A DNA stretch of 64,000 nucleotides. It comes from Rhina ancylostomus (lineage: Eukaryota). Made by a program: the position numbers and the translations under genes. The notes under the pieces are model-generated. The model was not told the origin of the DNA, did not search any database, and was given only the letters and a program-made list of their open reading frames with translations. Shown in pieces: positions 52,384 through 64,000 of the stretch (its first letter is position 1; the number at the start of each line of letters is the position of its first letter). The stretch lies in the NCBI GenBank assembly GCA_030265395.1, contig JARFYF010000054.1, positions 23,858,797-23,922,796 of the forward strand, given 5' to 3'.

Positions 52384-52872
52384 CAGGGGGTCCCCAGGTT
52401 ATGAAAATCAAACCTTACGTAAATTCTCCCAAAATCTGCTCTCAAGTATAGTACCCAAATCTCTTCAGGAAATAATGCAAAGATGACTCGTAGAAAAAGC
52501 CAGCACCTTCTCCAAACTCTCCTTCTGGTAAGATTAAATGTTTACAAGCCCTGAGCCATCTCTCATAAGTGCACGCTTTCATTTATTAAACTGTTGATAG
52601 TTTTCTCACTGATCAGTAGATCAGCTTCCCCCATCACTCCATCCAGACTGCATTCAGACAAATGTTTCTCACAGTCCACTTGCTGGTAACAACTCCGATC
52701 ACCTACGCTGACCTTCCCCAGTCTACTCTTTGCAAATCAGTCCCCAAGGGCTGTCAAGGCTAAAGATTTCACATTATGATTTTGGGGGAAATTGTTAGTT
52801 TCCAACTGATGGAAAATTCAGTTTACAGGCAGTTCTCGGGAACATAACCCTTATGTAACCCGGGACCTCCCA
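52384..52872. mobile_element. Tc1/mariner-pogo (Tigger-like) MITE
   Basis: Imperfect TIRs cagggggtccccaggttatg and tgtaacccgggacctccca, flanked by TA on both sides (52382-83, 52873-74). Confidence 0.7.
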
Positions 52873-52949
52873 TATTTGCATTTCTTTTACAAAAGTAATT
52901 ACAAGATAATGGATCATGGTCTAACCTTGAGCAACACTATATACAATAA

Positions 52950-53285
52950 CTTCCACTTATATAGTACCTATAATGCAACAACCCCCTATTTGATATTCCC
53001 AGATAATATCAAGTAAAACAATTGATGCCAAGCCACATAATATATACTAGGACATATAACCAGAGAGATCAAAAAGGTGGGTTTTAAAGAGCATCTTAAA
53101 AAGAAGAAAGTGAGACAAAAGAAAGAGATTTTTGGAGAGAACCCCAGAGCTTGGCAGCCAAAAGCCTGGGCACCACAATGGAGGAGTTCTGACTCTAGAT
53201 GCCTCAGAAGGTTATAGAGATGGAAAAATAAGGACACAAGAGGATATGAAAGCCAGGATGAGGACTTACATTTAAGGCCCAAGAC
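52950..53285 (-). mobile_element. L2-type 3' fragment
   Basis: 'gggttttaaagagcatcttaaaaagaagaaagtgaga..ttggagagaaccccagagcttgg', similar to 7300-7380. Confidence 0.6.
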
Positions 53286-55954
53286 ATGATGACAGAGAAA
53301 TGTTCTAGGTCTAAGCACTTGCAGTTGCTTCATCAATGGTCCTGCCATCTCTTGTGAAAAATGGGATGTTGTCTGATGAATGTCCAGTATGTAGTTCTAT
53401 TCACTCATCAGATCATGAAGGAGTCTGTGCCCATCTGTACCTAGATCTGGACAACATTCATGCTTAGGCTGTTGAGTGACAAATAATGTTCAAGCCACAC
53501 AAGTGGAAGGCACTTTCTACACAAGATCATATTATGGCCAAATTGACCATCATAGAAGACGTGGAAGGTTATGAACCAAGAACTGTTTGATGGAATTAGT
53601 ATGGATAGGAACTTGATGGTCGGCATGGACATGGTGGACCAAAGGGCCTGTTTCTGGGCTTATGCCTCTATGATTTTACAGACACAAAGGGAGATCAACA
53701 ACTGAACAAAAATGAATGAAGAACAAGTCAGAGGTCAGATATTCTCCAGTGATCAATATCTACAAGCACGCCAAGGATACAAGGATATAAGGATATATTT
53801 TCCACCTCTCTGTACAAGTAAAGTTTCAACAACGTTCAATGCTGTAGAGGACAAAGCAGCCTGCTTGATCAGCACCTCAAACATTTCCTCCCTTGTGGCT
53901 GTAAGCTGTACCATCCATAAAATGCACCACAGGAACACAGTGACCTCGACCACTCTGAGGAAGGATGCATCCCAAGTTGCTGTAGGAAATAAAATATAAA
54001 GATGTAGAGGCTCTGGCTATAGTCTTCCATATGTTGTTAGATTCAGAAGGATTGTGCTCCTGTCTGGGTAAGATACTACACAAAGATCCTCAATCTGCAA
54101 TTAAATGTAGCAATGGGGATCTTCATGGAGATACTCAAAATAACTCATGTCAAATGGCTGCCAGTTGAGTCGTTAACCTGCCTTAGAGAAAAATCACAAA
54201 CTAATTCCAACCTGACATTCATTAGAATTTAATAATCCCCTAAAACCAGGGTGAAATCACACAATCCCCTTCCCAAACACTCCTGAGGAACAATGGACAG
54301 CTCTCAGTGCTAATATCATCTGAAAGACACATGTCCCTGTATCTCATCCAACCCACCCTTACTTACACGATCATCTTGACAGCATGTATTGGCAGACATT
54401 TCAGAAAACCAAAGTTTCAAGGGAAAACTAGATTCTATCCTCAGAGCTAGAAATTGAGAATTACCACAAGCAAATTCAGATAACTTTAGCTGCCTTCAAA
54501 CAAGTTGTAGAACTCAATTAGTTGTCGCATAATGTGGGAATGCTGTGAATAACTGATTCATGTGCTGATGGAATCTGTGATTACGTCAGGTCAATGCTTG
54601 CAGGGACCTTCATTCAACTGGAAATAGCGGAACCCATGATTACACAGCATACATTTAATAAGTAATCTCCAAACAACAGGAATTCTTTAAACTAACTTCC
54701 TTTGTCCATTTTTGTTACTTCCTTATTCCCCTACAACAGTGACACCTTACTAGGATACATAATTCCAATCTCCAAAATAATACTATGGTGATAGTTAACA
54801 GGAAAATCAACTGCATGAAGCATTAACTACAGCCATCAGACTATCAGCTCACATGGTGCCCAGATATGTAGATTCCCAGCCAGACACACTGGTGCTTCGC
54901 TGAACTCAGGATACTTAAGAGCCACTGACAGCCATTGAACTTATTGCCATACAGAAATCTCTAGGTTGGGGAGAGCTGTGAAGCCAAACAACCAGGGAGG
55001 AGCCATCTGTCCAAGTGGATGCCTTTTTTAAAGTACCACAATACATATCACTGGAGCAAGGCTAAGTTCTGTAGCTCAGTTGAATTAACTATCTGAAAAG
55101 GGAATTAAACATAACATTTTCCAGGAGAGCATGGATTTTTAATGTTATGATCGACTCAGTTGGCAAAGAAGAGGCACACTTCAACTACAAATCTAGTCAT
55201 GCTTTTTACAAAACAAAATGCATACATAATTCATTACCAGTAACTACACACACAAAGAACCAGTTATCTAAACCCAGTAAAGTAAGCACAGTACACTAAA
55301 CAGGCACTGAGAATCAACATTTTGTCATGGCACCAATTTATGGTTCTTGGTTTTCTCATCCCTGAATATATTACGTTAACTCTTAAGCAATTTGTTAGCT
55401 GCTCACATTTCTGAGGGGCAGCAAATTCATCCTGTGAAATTTTGACAATAATTATTGTACTTGTTGCAAAGTAAGTACACACAAGTTACTTTTTCTTAAT
55501 TATCCCTTTGTAGTTTCTCCATACATAAAGCAAATTGAGAATTTTTCTAATGATACTGAATTACGATAAGGATTGTAACAGCAAAATAAAGAGACGTTGA
55601 AATGTGTGGTTTAGTAGGAAGACCCAATAACTTTTCAAAAGATAACGACAGAAAATGACCAATAGCAAAAGATGGAAGAACAAAAGGGTTATAATTAATT
55701 TGCACAAGCCAATGGTTAAAGCCATAGCTAAAGTTATGAAGAAGTCTTAGCAATCTATATCATAGACAGGAATTTAAGGCCAATGAAAATCTATTGTTTA
55801 AACAAATTAAAGAAAAATCATGGGAAAGAAATACAAGAAGTGATACCAAGTCAAGAAAAAGACAGAACCAAATGGACAAAACAACGAAAAATGTAATGAT
55901 CTAAAACCTGACCTAGTGAGAGCAAATAAGTATTAAATAACCAGAGAATTTTCT

Positions 55955-56415
55955 GTAGTAAGTGTAGCACAGTCTATCACAAAAACCAGCCTCCCCTCCA
56001 TTGACTCTGTCTACACTTCCCATTGCCTTGGGAAAGCGGCCAACATAATCAAAGGCCCCTCCCACCCTGGTCATTCTCTCTCCTCCCCCCCTTCTATCGG
56101 CAGAAGATACAAACCAGGCTCAAGGACAGCTTCTTATGATTCTTGAATGGACTTTCTTGTATGATAAAGATGAACTTTATGTTTATATAAAGAATTTCTC
56201 AATCTACCTTCTCATAGCCCTTGCACCTATTTGTCTACCTACACTGCACTTTCTCTGTAACTGAATTCTGTATCTTGTTATTGTTTTGCCTTTTGTATGA
56301 CTCAATATACTTATGTTCCAGATTTTGTTTTGTTTGGAATGATCTGTATGGATGGCGTGCAAAACAAACCTTTATTACTGTATCTCGGTACATGTGACAA
56401 TAATAAACCAACTAC
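55955..56415 (+). mobile_element. Rex1/Babar-type LINE 3' fragment
   Basis: Same family as 2063-2548 in the opposite orientation: 'cagcctcccctccattgactctgtctacacttcc..gtacatgtgacaataataaaccaa'. Confidence 0.8.
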
Positions 56416-59400
56416 ACCAATTGAATCCAGCAAATGAAATGGATAAGAAAGTAATAAAAGTTATGGCTAACATCTAGGAAACAGCAACTAAGGCAGCTTT
56501 AATTTCAAAATGAGAAGAACAAAAATTAAATACCAGGAAAGCAAAATTCCATAGAGATAAAATGGGAAAACTGCAAAGAAAGGTAAGACAACTAACCAAT
56601 TTTGGAAAATTCTAATACAACCTGTGACCAAAGTATACATTAAAGCAAATCTTCCAGCAAGATAAAAGTAGTCTGGCTAAAATTGGTGCTTGATTAGCAA
56701 ACTGGCTGGAGAAATTAAAAGGGAAATTCGCAAGAGGCTCCTCTTTCATGTATCATCCTTCTCTGCTCCCTCCCTCAACATAACTCCCCATTCTCAACAT
56801 CTTTTCCCTTCACAAGGTTACCACGAAGGAAGTTCAATTTATGGACAATGTCAAAGTATCTTTTTCACACTTATTATTACAGCAACTCACCATTCTATAT
56901 TTTTGTGAAATACCACAAGGCTCTAGAGTTTGGTGTATACAGTTACTTAACTGCGCCTCTGACACTCCCTTCTCTGTCAAAGCTGCGAAGATTAGAGCAA
57001 GTATTTTACAAGAGCTATACTGGGTGTCAATGAACACTTTTGCTAAATAATTGCCATTAATGATTCCTTCCGTCAGTTTTCAACAGGGTGACAATGGACT
57101 CACAGGGCAGTAATTGGCACACTGTATCTATCCTCTTTTATGGAGGTAAAGCAAATCTGGACAGATGTTTACATCACTGTTGGAATGCCAGTTTGGTGTG
57201 TATGTCAACCCAACACTAGAATTAATTCTAATGCTCAAGCAATACAGGTTCTTCTGTCCATAACATTGCTGCAGCCACATATTTAACTCCATTAATCTAT
57301 TCTTTACACTTCTGACACTGACTAATACATGGCGTAATCCTGAAGTTACTTATCCAAATGCTCTCTTTCTCTATCTGATTTAATAACATCTGGCTTTTTT
57401 AAAGGCTTTTATACTCATTACATTTACCCTGACAATTTGGAAGATAATCTACCACTCAAGTACCTTGACCATGACTAAAACGTGACTTCATGATAGCATG
57501 AATATAAAATCCTCTATCACTGCTGTGTTTCTGTACTGTCCTCCTCTTGGTCTCTTATACCACTTGCTTCACAGTTACTTTAACACTCATACTGAGTACT
57601 CAGTATCTCAATCTTCTTCCAATTCAACAATCCTGAGAACCCTTTCTCTTCCTCACACCCACCAATCCCATTAGCCAACCATCTCCCCAACCCCTGCAAA
57701 TCCTCAGCAAATAAAAAGTTATCAACTTTCTTCCCACATTAACTCACTCTGTCTCTCAAGTTGAAAGATGATGAGATAGAATTGAGGCAACTCGCACACA
57801 TTCCATAGTCATGAAGTATTGAAAACCTCCCAAACCATATGGCATTAAAAATGAAACCTTTCAGTTATTTCTTTAAAATGCAGTAAAATAAAATGTGAAT
57901 TTACCCTTCAAATACAAGAATAACTCTTTCAAACTGGAAACAGCTTGGGATTGCTGAAGAATGTAAAGAAATACTGTGAAATTTCAAGTTTCCCTTTTGT
58001 TCTTTTCTCTTAGGGCAGAGATCTGTATTTTACCTGGATTAAACCTTCACCAATTACATGTGCAACCCTTTCAAGTTTTCAAGAGCTGCATTCATTGCAT
58101 TTGTCCTCTCATCCACACTCATAATTAGCAAATAATGATAAGTGAGCAACTCATAGCAAGCCCAAGTACAATGGAGTTCGCCTGTGAGATAAAAAAAACA
58201 GTATTGCAATCTGAACACAAGAACACCTCAGAGTTCATTATCACTATCAATTTTTGAATGATTGCGTTTTTAGATTTGTTTGATGCTGATTTTGCCACAG
58301 TGACTCTTACAGAAAACAGTACGGAAAAGATTGGATATGATAGGGTTTTTAATTATACCGAATATTCAGCACTTCCTCTTGTTTGTACTCAAACCAAGGT
58401 AGTAAAAACTGAAGGGAAAGGAAATTCAGTGTTTTTCAATTTATGTCTTTATGCAACATAAATCTGCAGAAATACATTTCAGACTCAATGTAATAAATCT
58501 TGTAAAATGCCACTTATAATAATGTTATTTTTCTTATTAAGCAAGTGTAAAAATGTTGAAAACAGAATCAAGGATTGATGGAGATACAGTACAACAGCGT
58601 CATACATGCCAACAGACTCAGTAAACGTAATATTTAGTGAGTATTATAACTATTGTCTAACCATAAACAAGAAGTGACAGAAGTGAACTAAATGAACTTG
58701 GTATTATATTTGAATTAATTCTACTTGATGTCATGAATGCATAAATTTATGCTTTGTAACGCCACATTCACAGCGAATATTGTATAATAAATGTAACCTT
58801 ACCAGAGCATGGCTTCACGATTTTGGCACATCATGAGAACCTCTGGTATTCTAAAAGTACTGCTATACAAGCATCCAGCAACCCAACAACAAAAAAGAAT
58901 GATGAATCACAAGGCTTATATGGTTTCATGAATATAAGTGTCAAGGACAAAAGGCTCACAGTTTCAAGAAATATTTTTGGCAAAAGAAAATTTGAACAGG
59001 TGCAAATCTAGCAAAGAGCAGAGGCTGTTAAATTTTGTACTACAGAAAAATCAGGTCTAAAACGTTAAAGGTTGGTGAAGCTTGCAGACACATGCAAGCT
59101 TATGGAGAAGCAATATCATCTCAGCCTATATTATAGAACTGGGTGTTGAGAGAAGAGTAAGGTTATTTCCACAGAAAACCAATCAACCCAATTATTTGGG
59201 ATTGTCCAATGGTTTAGAATCAGAATTAGGAAATATAAGACATCACTGATTTATAACTCTGTAGAAGGGAAGCCAATAAATGCAATGCCATAGGATTTTG
59301 AAAATTATAAGTGTACAAGAAATAGAAGTCCTAAACACAGCAAAAGAACTTAAAATAAATTCATACAATTGCACGGGTTTTACCCTAGTGTGTTGAAAAA

Positions 59401-59427
59401 AATGCAGAGGTTTGCAAGGCATACTGA

Positions 59428-59763
59428 GGAAACACAGTGGTGCAGCTAGTAGAGCCACTGTCTCACAGAATGAGAGGCTGAATTCTGACCTCAGATGTTT
59501 TGTGTGTGGAGCTTGTACTTTCTTCCTATGATTGCACAATTCCCTCCCAGGTGCTCTGCTTTCCTCCCACATCCCAAAGATGTGCAAATTAGTAGGTTAA
59601 CTGGCTACTGTAAATTGCCCTTAATGTGTAGGGGGAAGTTCACAAGAAAGTGTGGAGAATAAAATAGGGATTAATGTAGGATTGGATTAGTGTATATGGG
59701 CAGTTGTTTGCTGACAAAAGTCAATGGGTTAGAAGGCCCTTTTCTGGGCTGTATCACTGTATG
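59428..59763 (+). mobile_element. V-SINE (tRNA head, V domain, CR1-type tail)
   Basis: A-box-like 'cagtggtgcagctagtag', V domain 'ccaggtgctctgctttcctcccacatcccaaagatgtgc..gtaaattgccc', tail 'gggttagaaggcccttttctgggctgtatcactgtatg'. Confidence 0.8.
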
Positions 59764-60099
59764 AAAACAAGCTAACATGCCTCAAAACAGACAATCGCAA
59801 TTAAAGACCAATTAATTCAGAACTGGAAACATGTTTTGCAGGAGTGGGGAGGGAGAATGGGGAGGTGCCAAGCACAAAGAGAATGTCTGTGATAGGGTAT
59901 AGAGAAAGAAAATCTAAAAGGCAAAAGTTCTGGTGCTCTTCAAGCGAGGGTGGTGAATGCTTGTTAATCTGCCTGAAGGACTGTAACTAGAAGGGCATGA
60001 ATGAAATGGGGGAGAGAAAATAAACAATGCTGGAACTGTGAGATACAGAACAGTTGCTGGAAATCCAAAGTAAAAAGAAAATGCTGAAAATACAAGTAA

Positions 60100-60880
60100 A
60101 AACTGACTTGCTGAGTATTTCCAGCGTTTTCTATTATTTCAGATTTCCAGCAACTGTTATGTTCTGCATCACCTGGAAGGATTGTTTGGATCCCTGGGTA
60201 GTGGGAAAACAGGAGGTCATAGAGTAGGTGCCGCATCTTCTACAGTTGCATGGGAAAATGGTATGAGAAGAGAAAAACTGAGTTAATGATACATGTGGAT
60301 GACCTTGCAATAAGAATTGGCCTCTTCTGACTGACACAGAAAACGATAGTTATCTGAAATTACTGAATTCAATATAGAGTCCTGAGGAATGTGATATGCT
60401 TAGAGGGAGGATGAGATGCTGTTCTTGAGCTTACTTTGGACTTTACTTAAACAGTGTAACAGGCCAAACGCAGAGGTCAGTGTTAGAATGGATTAACAAA
60501 TTAAAGTGACAGGCAACCAAAAACTCAGTCACCTTTGTAAGCTAATGGAGAAGTTCTGCAAACATTTGGTTTCCCCCTGTAGAGAAGTCCATATCATAGG
60601 CGCCTAATGTAACAGAGGTATCCCCAATTTACAAAAGAGTTACCTTCCTAAAAACATTTTGTTAAGCAAAATTCTGAACAGTGAAAAGGTTGAGGGAAAT
60701 GTATTTTGAGTACTTAGGTATAATGTATTGCTATGGGTGGAGAGTGATGCACATGGGATATTTGTTTTCGTAAATAAAAGACAAATACCCAAAAGAGTCA
60801 ATGACATTATGGCAAAAATTCATAAAAACCTGTAAACTAAACTGGAAGAAGTGCAACTGAATTGCTGCTTCACCTGGGAA
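60100..60880 (-). mobile_element. Penelope-like remnant with nested Tigger-like DNA element (about 60612-60830)
   Basis: Reverse-strand GIY-YIG tail ('gaggatgagatgctgttcttgagcttacttt') is interrupted by 'cagaggtatccccaatttacaaaagagttaccttcct'. A related Tigger-like end lies near 61855. Confidence 0.55.
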
Positions 60881-61338
60881 TGCTAAAGATTCTGACGCCA
60901 AATACTAAGCTAACAGGAAAATTAAAGACTCACCACTTATGAAATTAATAAGAGACATTTAGAATAATCAGTAGAAAGGATTAACTTGAAATAAATGCTC
61001 AATAATTAAACCATAAATAACTGCAAGAAGAGGAATATGGGTCCAAACAGCTAAAAGGCATGTTCCAGACAAATGTCAGGAACTACATATCCATAGAATG
61101 CCAAGAGTAGTATCACCACAATACATGGAATAGTTCAAGAGATATGTACTGATGGGATTCATAGGAAAGATGAGTAAAATGCATTGAATGGCTTCCTTCA
61201 TCTGTACTCGTCTTTGAAACAGGCCAATGGTTAAAAATCATACATAAAGTTCTTGATTTAATAAGATTATGCTAGGGTGCATTAAACTATTAAAACAAAC
61301 ATGAACAAAAATATTGTCTTGTAAGATGTAGGTATTAA

Positions 61339-61566
61339 GGTATTTATTAGTCACATGTACATCGAAACACATAGTGAAATGTGTCTTTAAGCATTACTGA
61401 GAAAGTGCTGGGGGCAGCCTGCAAGCGTTGCCACTCTTCTGGCGCCAACATAACATGACCACAGCTCCTAATCTGTATGTCTTTGGAATGTGGGGGGAAA
61501 CCCACATAGTCACAGGGACAACATACAAACTCCTTATAGACAGCAGCGGGAATTGAACCCAGGTCC
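61339..61566 (-). mobile_element. 5'-truncated V-SINE with Rex1/Babar-like tail
   Basis: B box GGTTCAATTCC (61549-61559), a V-domain remnant (GGAGTTTGTATGTTGTCCCTGTGAC..CCACATTCCAAAGAC) and a tail ending GTACATGTGACTAATAAA. Confidence 0.75.
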
Positions 61567-62366
61567 TATTATTACTTAAATACCAGCTCAATTTCAGCAA
61601 GTGTACTGATAAAATAAGAATTAATGAGACAAAATGTTTTCTCATTGTTGAGCACATATTTAATATTTGCATAAGGGCGCAATCCTAAACTTGATGGATT
61701 AACAAGACTTTTATCTGGATATTAAAGACTCTGAGCATTTTCTTGTAATAAGAAAACACTTTGCATGTTCATTTATAATCAGAAAAAATAGTATTATTTC
61801 AATTAATCCTGTGGGATATTCAGATTTATTTTGTGGTTTAACACACATGATATAGAGGTGACCTCCACATTATGAAGGAGGTGCATTCCTAGAAAACAGT
61901 CCGTATCACTATTTTCCTTAAAATGAAGCCACATCATCTGCATGTGTCAAGAAATGAGAGTTGAAAAAAAGTGTTGATTTATTTACTTTTTTCACACAAA
62001 TTCCATGAGAACGTTATTCCATATCTGAAATTTTTGGGTAGTGGTTTGTGAATTCTGCAAGGGTGAGTTTCCGTAACCCNNNNNNNNNNNNNNNNNNNNN
62101 NNNNNNNNNNNNNNNNNNNNNTCACAGAGAGGGTGGTGGATATGTTGAAAGAACTGCCAGAGTAAGTGATAGAGGCGGTACAACATTGAAAAGACATTAT
62201 ACACGTAAAAGGAAAGAAAAGGCAAATGGAAGATGGACAGGGGCTACAGAACTAGAAGCACAAATGGGGGTCAGAAAACGAATGATGAACACCACGGTTA
62301 ATCTTTTTGTATAGAATGCATTTACTTTTGAAGTTAAAAACAGACTTTAAACTTTCTAAATCATAC

Positions 62367-62490
62367 CTTGCTTTGTGAGTGCATTCCTAAGTGCTGGCGT
62401 GATCATTTCTCTTGGTTCTCCCATTTCTTTTTTCCGTATGGCACGCTTTGACAATTTGAGTTTTCCAGTTTCTTTATTCACTTCTTCCTT
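62367..62490 (-). CDS. TYW1: TYW1 internal exon (first in window, 124 nt)
   Basis: Minus strand reads tatag|AAG...AAGCAAG|gtatg and translates KEEVNKETGKLKLSKRAIRKKEMGEPREMITPALRNALTKQ(G). MITPALR.ALTKQG is the TYW1 segment preceding the radical-SAM domain. Phase 0 to 1. Confidence 0.93.
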
Positions 62491-63151
62491 CTATAAGGAT
62501 TCAGGGAACAAAATTAAGAAATATAACAGGTTACAGCATGATGGTTCTACCAACATTGTCCAAATTCAATGTGCATTTTGGAAATTGAAGAAAGGACTAC
62601 ATCTATTTTCTTAAGTATATGTAATATAGGCATTACATTGTCAAGTACATAAAATAAAGACATTAGCCTCATACATTTCCATCAGTATCAGTGTCTTACC
62701 ACAAGCAACTGTTTTGTCTCCCCATTTACTGTTCTGGTGGGTTAATTCTAGCAAGCTAAATTCCCCTTTAAAAGTGATATTCAAAGTAGCTTTTGTCCCT
62801 GATAGAATAATTTCAGCACTGAAATGTAGTCCAAATTGTATCTAGATATTATCCACGATAATGCAAAAGGTCTGACAGAAAGGGTGACAACAATAAACCA
62901 CTGCCCATAGCCATGGAATAAATATACAGATTTGAGATATTAGCTATTACTGAAGAATAACCAGCAAGTTGCAAAAATAAAACACTCAAAAGTTTTAAGA
63001 GTAACATCCATTTAATAGAGCTAACAAAATCCTATTTATGCTTCACAGAAAATCAGGCACTCTGCACGTGCTCATAGTCCAGGTTTTGAGATAGGCTAAG
63101 AATAACCCTTCAGTGAAAATAATAATTAAGCTGCCCATAAATTTTGTTTTA

Positions 63152-63420
63152 ATTGGTAATTGATTTATTATTGTCACATGTACCAAGATACAGTGAAAAG
63201 CTTTTGTTTGCATGCCACCCATACAGATCATTTCATATGCAAGTACATTGAGGTAGTACAAAAGGAAAGCAATAACAGAATGCTGAATATAGTGCAGGTA
63301 GAGAAATAAGATGCAATGGTCATGGTGAGGTAGATTGAGAGATCATGAGTTTATCGTATTTTTATCGTATAAGTGGACTGTTCAAGAGTCTTTTAACACT
63401 GGAACAGAAGCTGTTATTGT
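63152..63420 (-). mobile_element. Rex1/Babar-type 3' UTR fragment
   Basis: 'tttattattgtcacatgtaccaagatacagtgaaaagcttttgtttgcatgcc' matches 2063-2330 and the reverse complement of 56150-56415. Confidence 0.8.
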
Positions 63421-64000
63421 GCAAAGTTACCTATGTTGTAAATCTTAGAAATGCAAAGCTCAGTTGCTGAGGAGGTGGAAATGCATTGAAATATTTTTGG
63501 AGGATGCATTTTGAGCGACTGAATTGACTTGCAGCCTTTTACCGGGACATTTTCCTAGATGCTTGGCCATAAGTTATTATTTTAGTGATTGCCCCATAGC
63601 TTCTCACTGGAAGATCCTAGATTTATCTATCTTTCTTTAGAAAGGTGTTCCCAATCTTGACTGACTTACTGATTGAATCAATCTGTGGCTGAAAAAGTAA
63701 GATCACAACATTGCAAAGGAATCAGACATGATGCTTGGAGGAAATAATCACTCTATACTAAACATTTCATTCATTAGTATTAAGCTTCCTCTGACTGTAC
63801 TCAATAAAGTCTGTGAATTGCCAGGGACAAGTAGAGGTGCAGCTGAGCTGATATGGGAAAGACGGTCAGAGAATATTAATTTTATTGGAATGTTAATGGA
63901 TAACTATAGATCAACAACATTTTTTAAACAATGGATTTTCCTCAGAAGTTGGAGAACATTGTTTCTTTTGCTGTAACTTTCTTTCTTCCCATCATGTCTT

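Larger units (their letters stand above)
3135..62121. other. Eight N runs (assembly gaps or masking): 3135-3201, 14038-14047, 16688-16975, 23243-23252, 27732-27748, 41738-41794, 51865-52028, 62080-62121
   Basis: Read directly from the sequence. ORFs crossing them (X-filled) are artefacts. Confidence 0.99.

Noticed and set aside
59428-59500. tRNA gene
   Set aside because: It is the degenerate tRNA-derived head of a SINE, with no cloverleaf. The same applies to the B box at 61549-61559.
62493-64000. Search for the preceding TYW1 exon (expected ..DVEDLG..)
   Set aside because: No matching translation was found; it presumably lies beyond position 64000.

Overview
This is eukaryotic, AT-rich, CpG-depleted vertebrate DNA, not prokaryotic. 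The repeat families (V-SINEs, CR1, L2, Rex1/Babar, RTE, Penelope) suggest a cartilaginous fish, which is an inference. The whole window lies inside one minus-strand gene, TYW1 (tRNA-wybutosine radical-SAM enzyme). Six internal exons (124+53+119+110+178+136 = 720 nt, 240 codons) have GT-AG boundaries, join in frame and contain the CxxxCxxC motif. The gene's start and end lie outside the window. The rest is intron: decayed retroelements, DNA-transposon relics, an internally deleted Helitron, several repeat-free blocks that resemble conserved non-coding elements, and eight N gaps. Almost all ORFs in the supplied track are spurious or repeat-derived. The most notable observations are (1) several Penelope-type termini carrying hammerhead-ribozyme cores, (2) a Helitron whose helicase is interrupted by a 65-bp copy of neighbouring host DNA, (3) a young 438-bp bipartite RTE-derived element with a target-site duplication, and (4) two V-SINEs with tails from different LINEs. 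I found no CRISPR, rRNA or genuine tRNA genes, and I cannot claim a new protein-coding system. Repeat boundaries were judged by eye and are approximate; exon boundaries were counted to the base.
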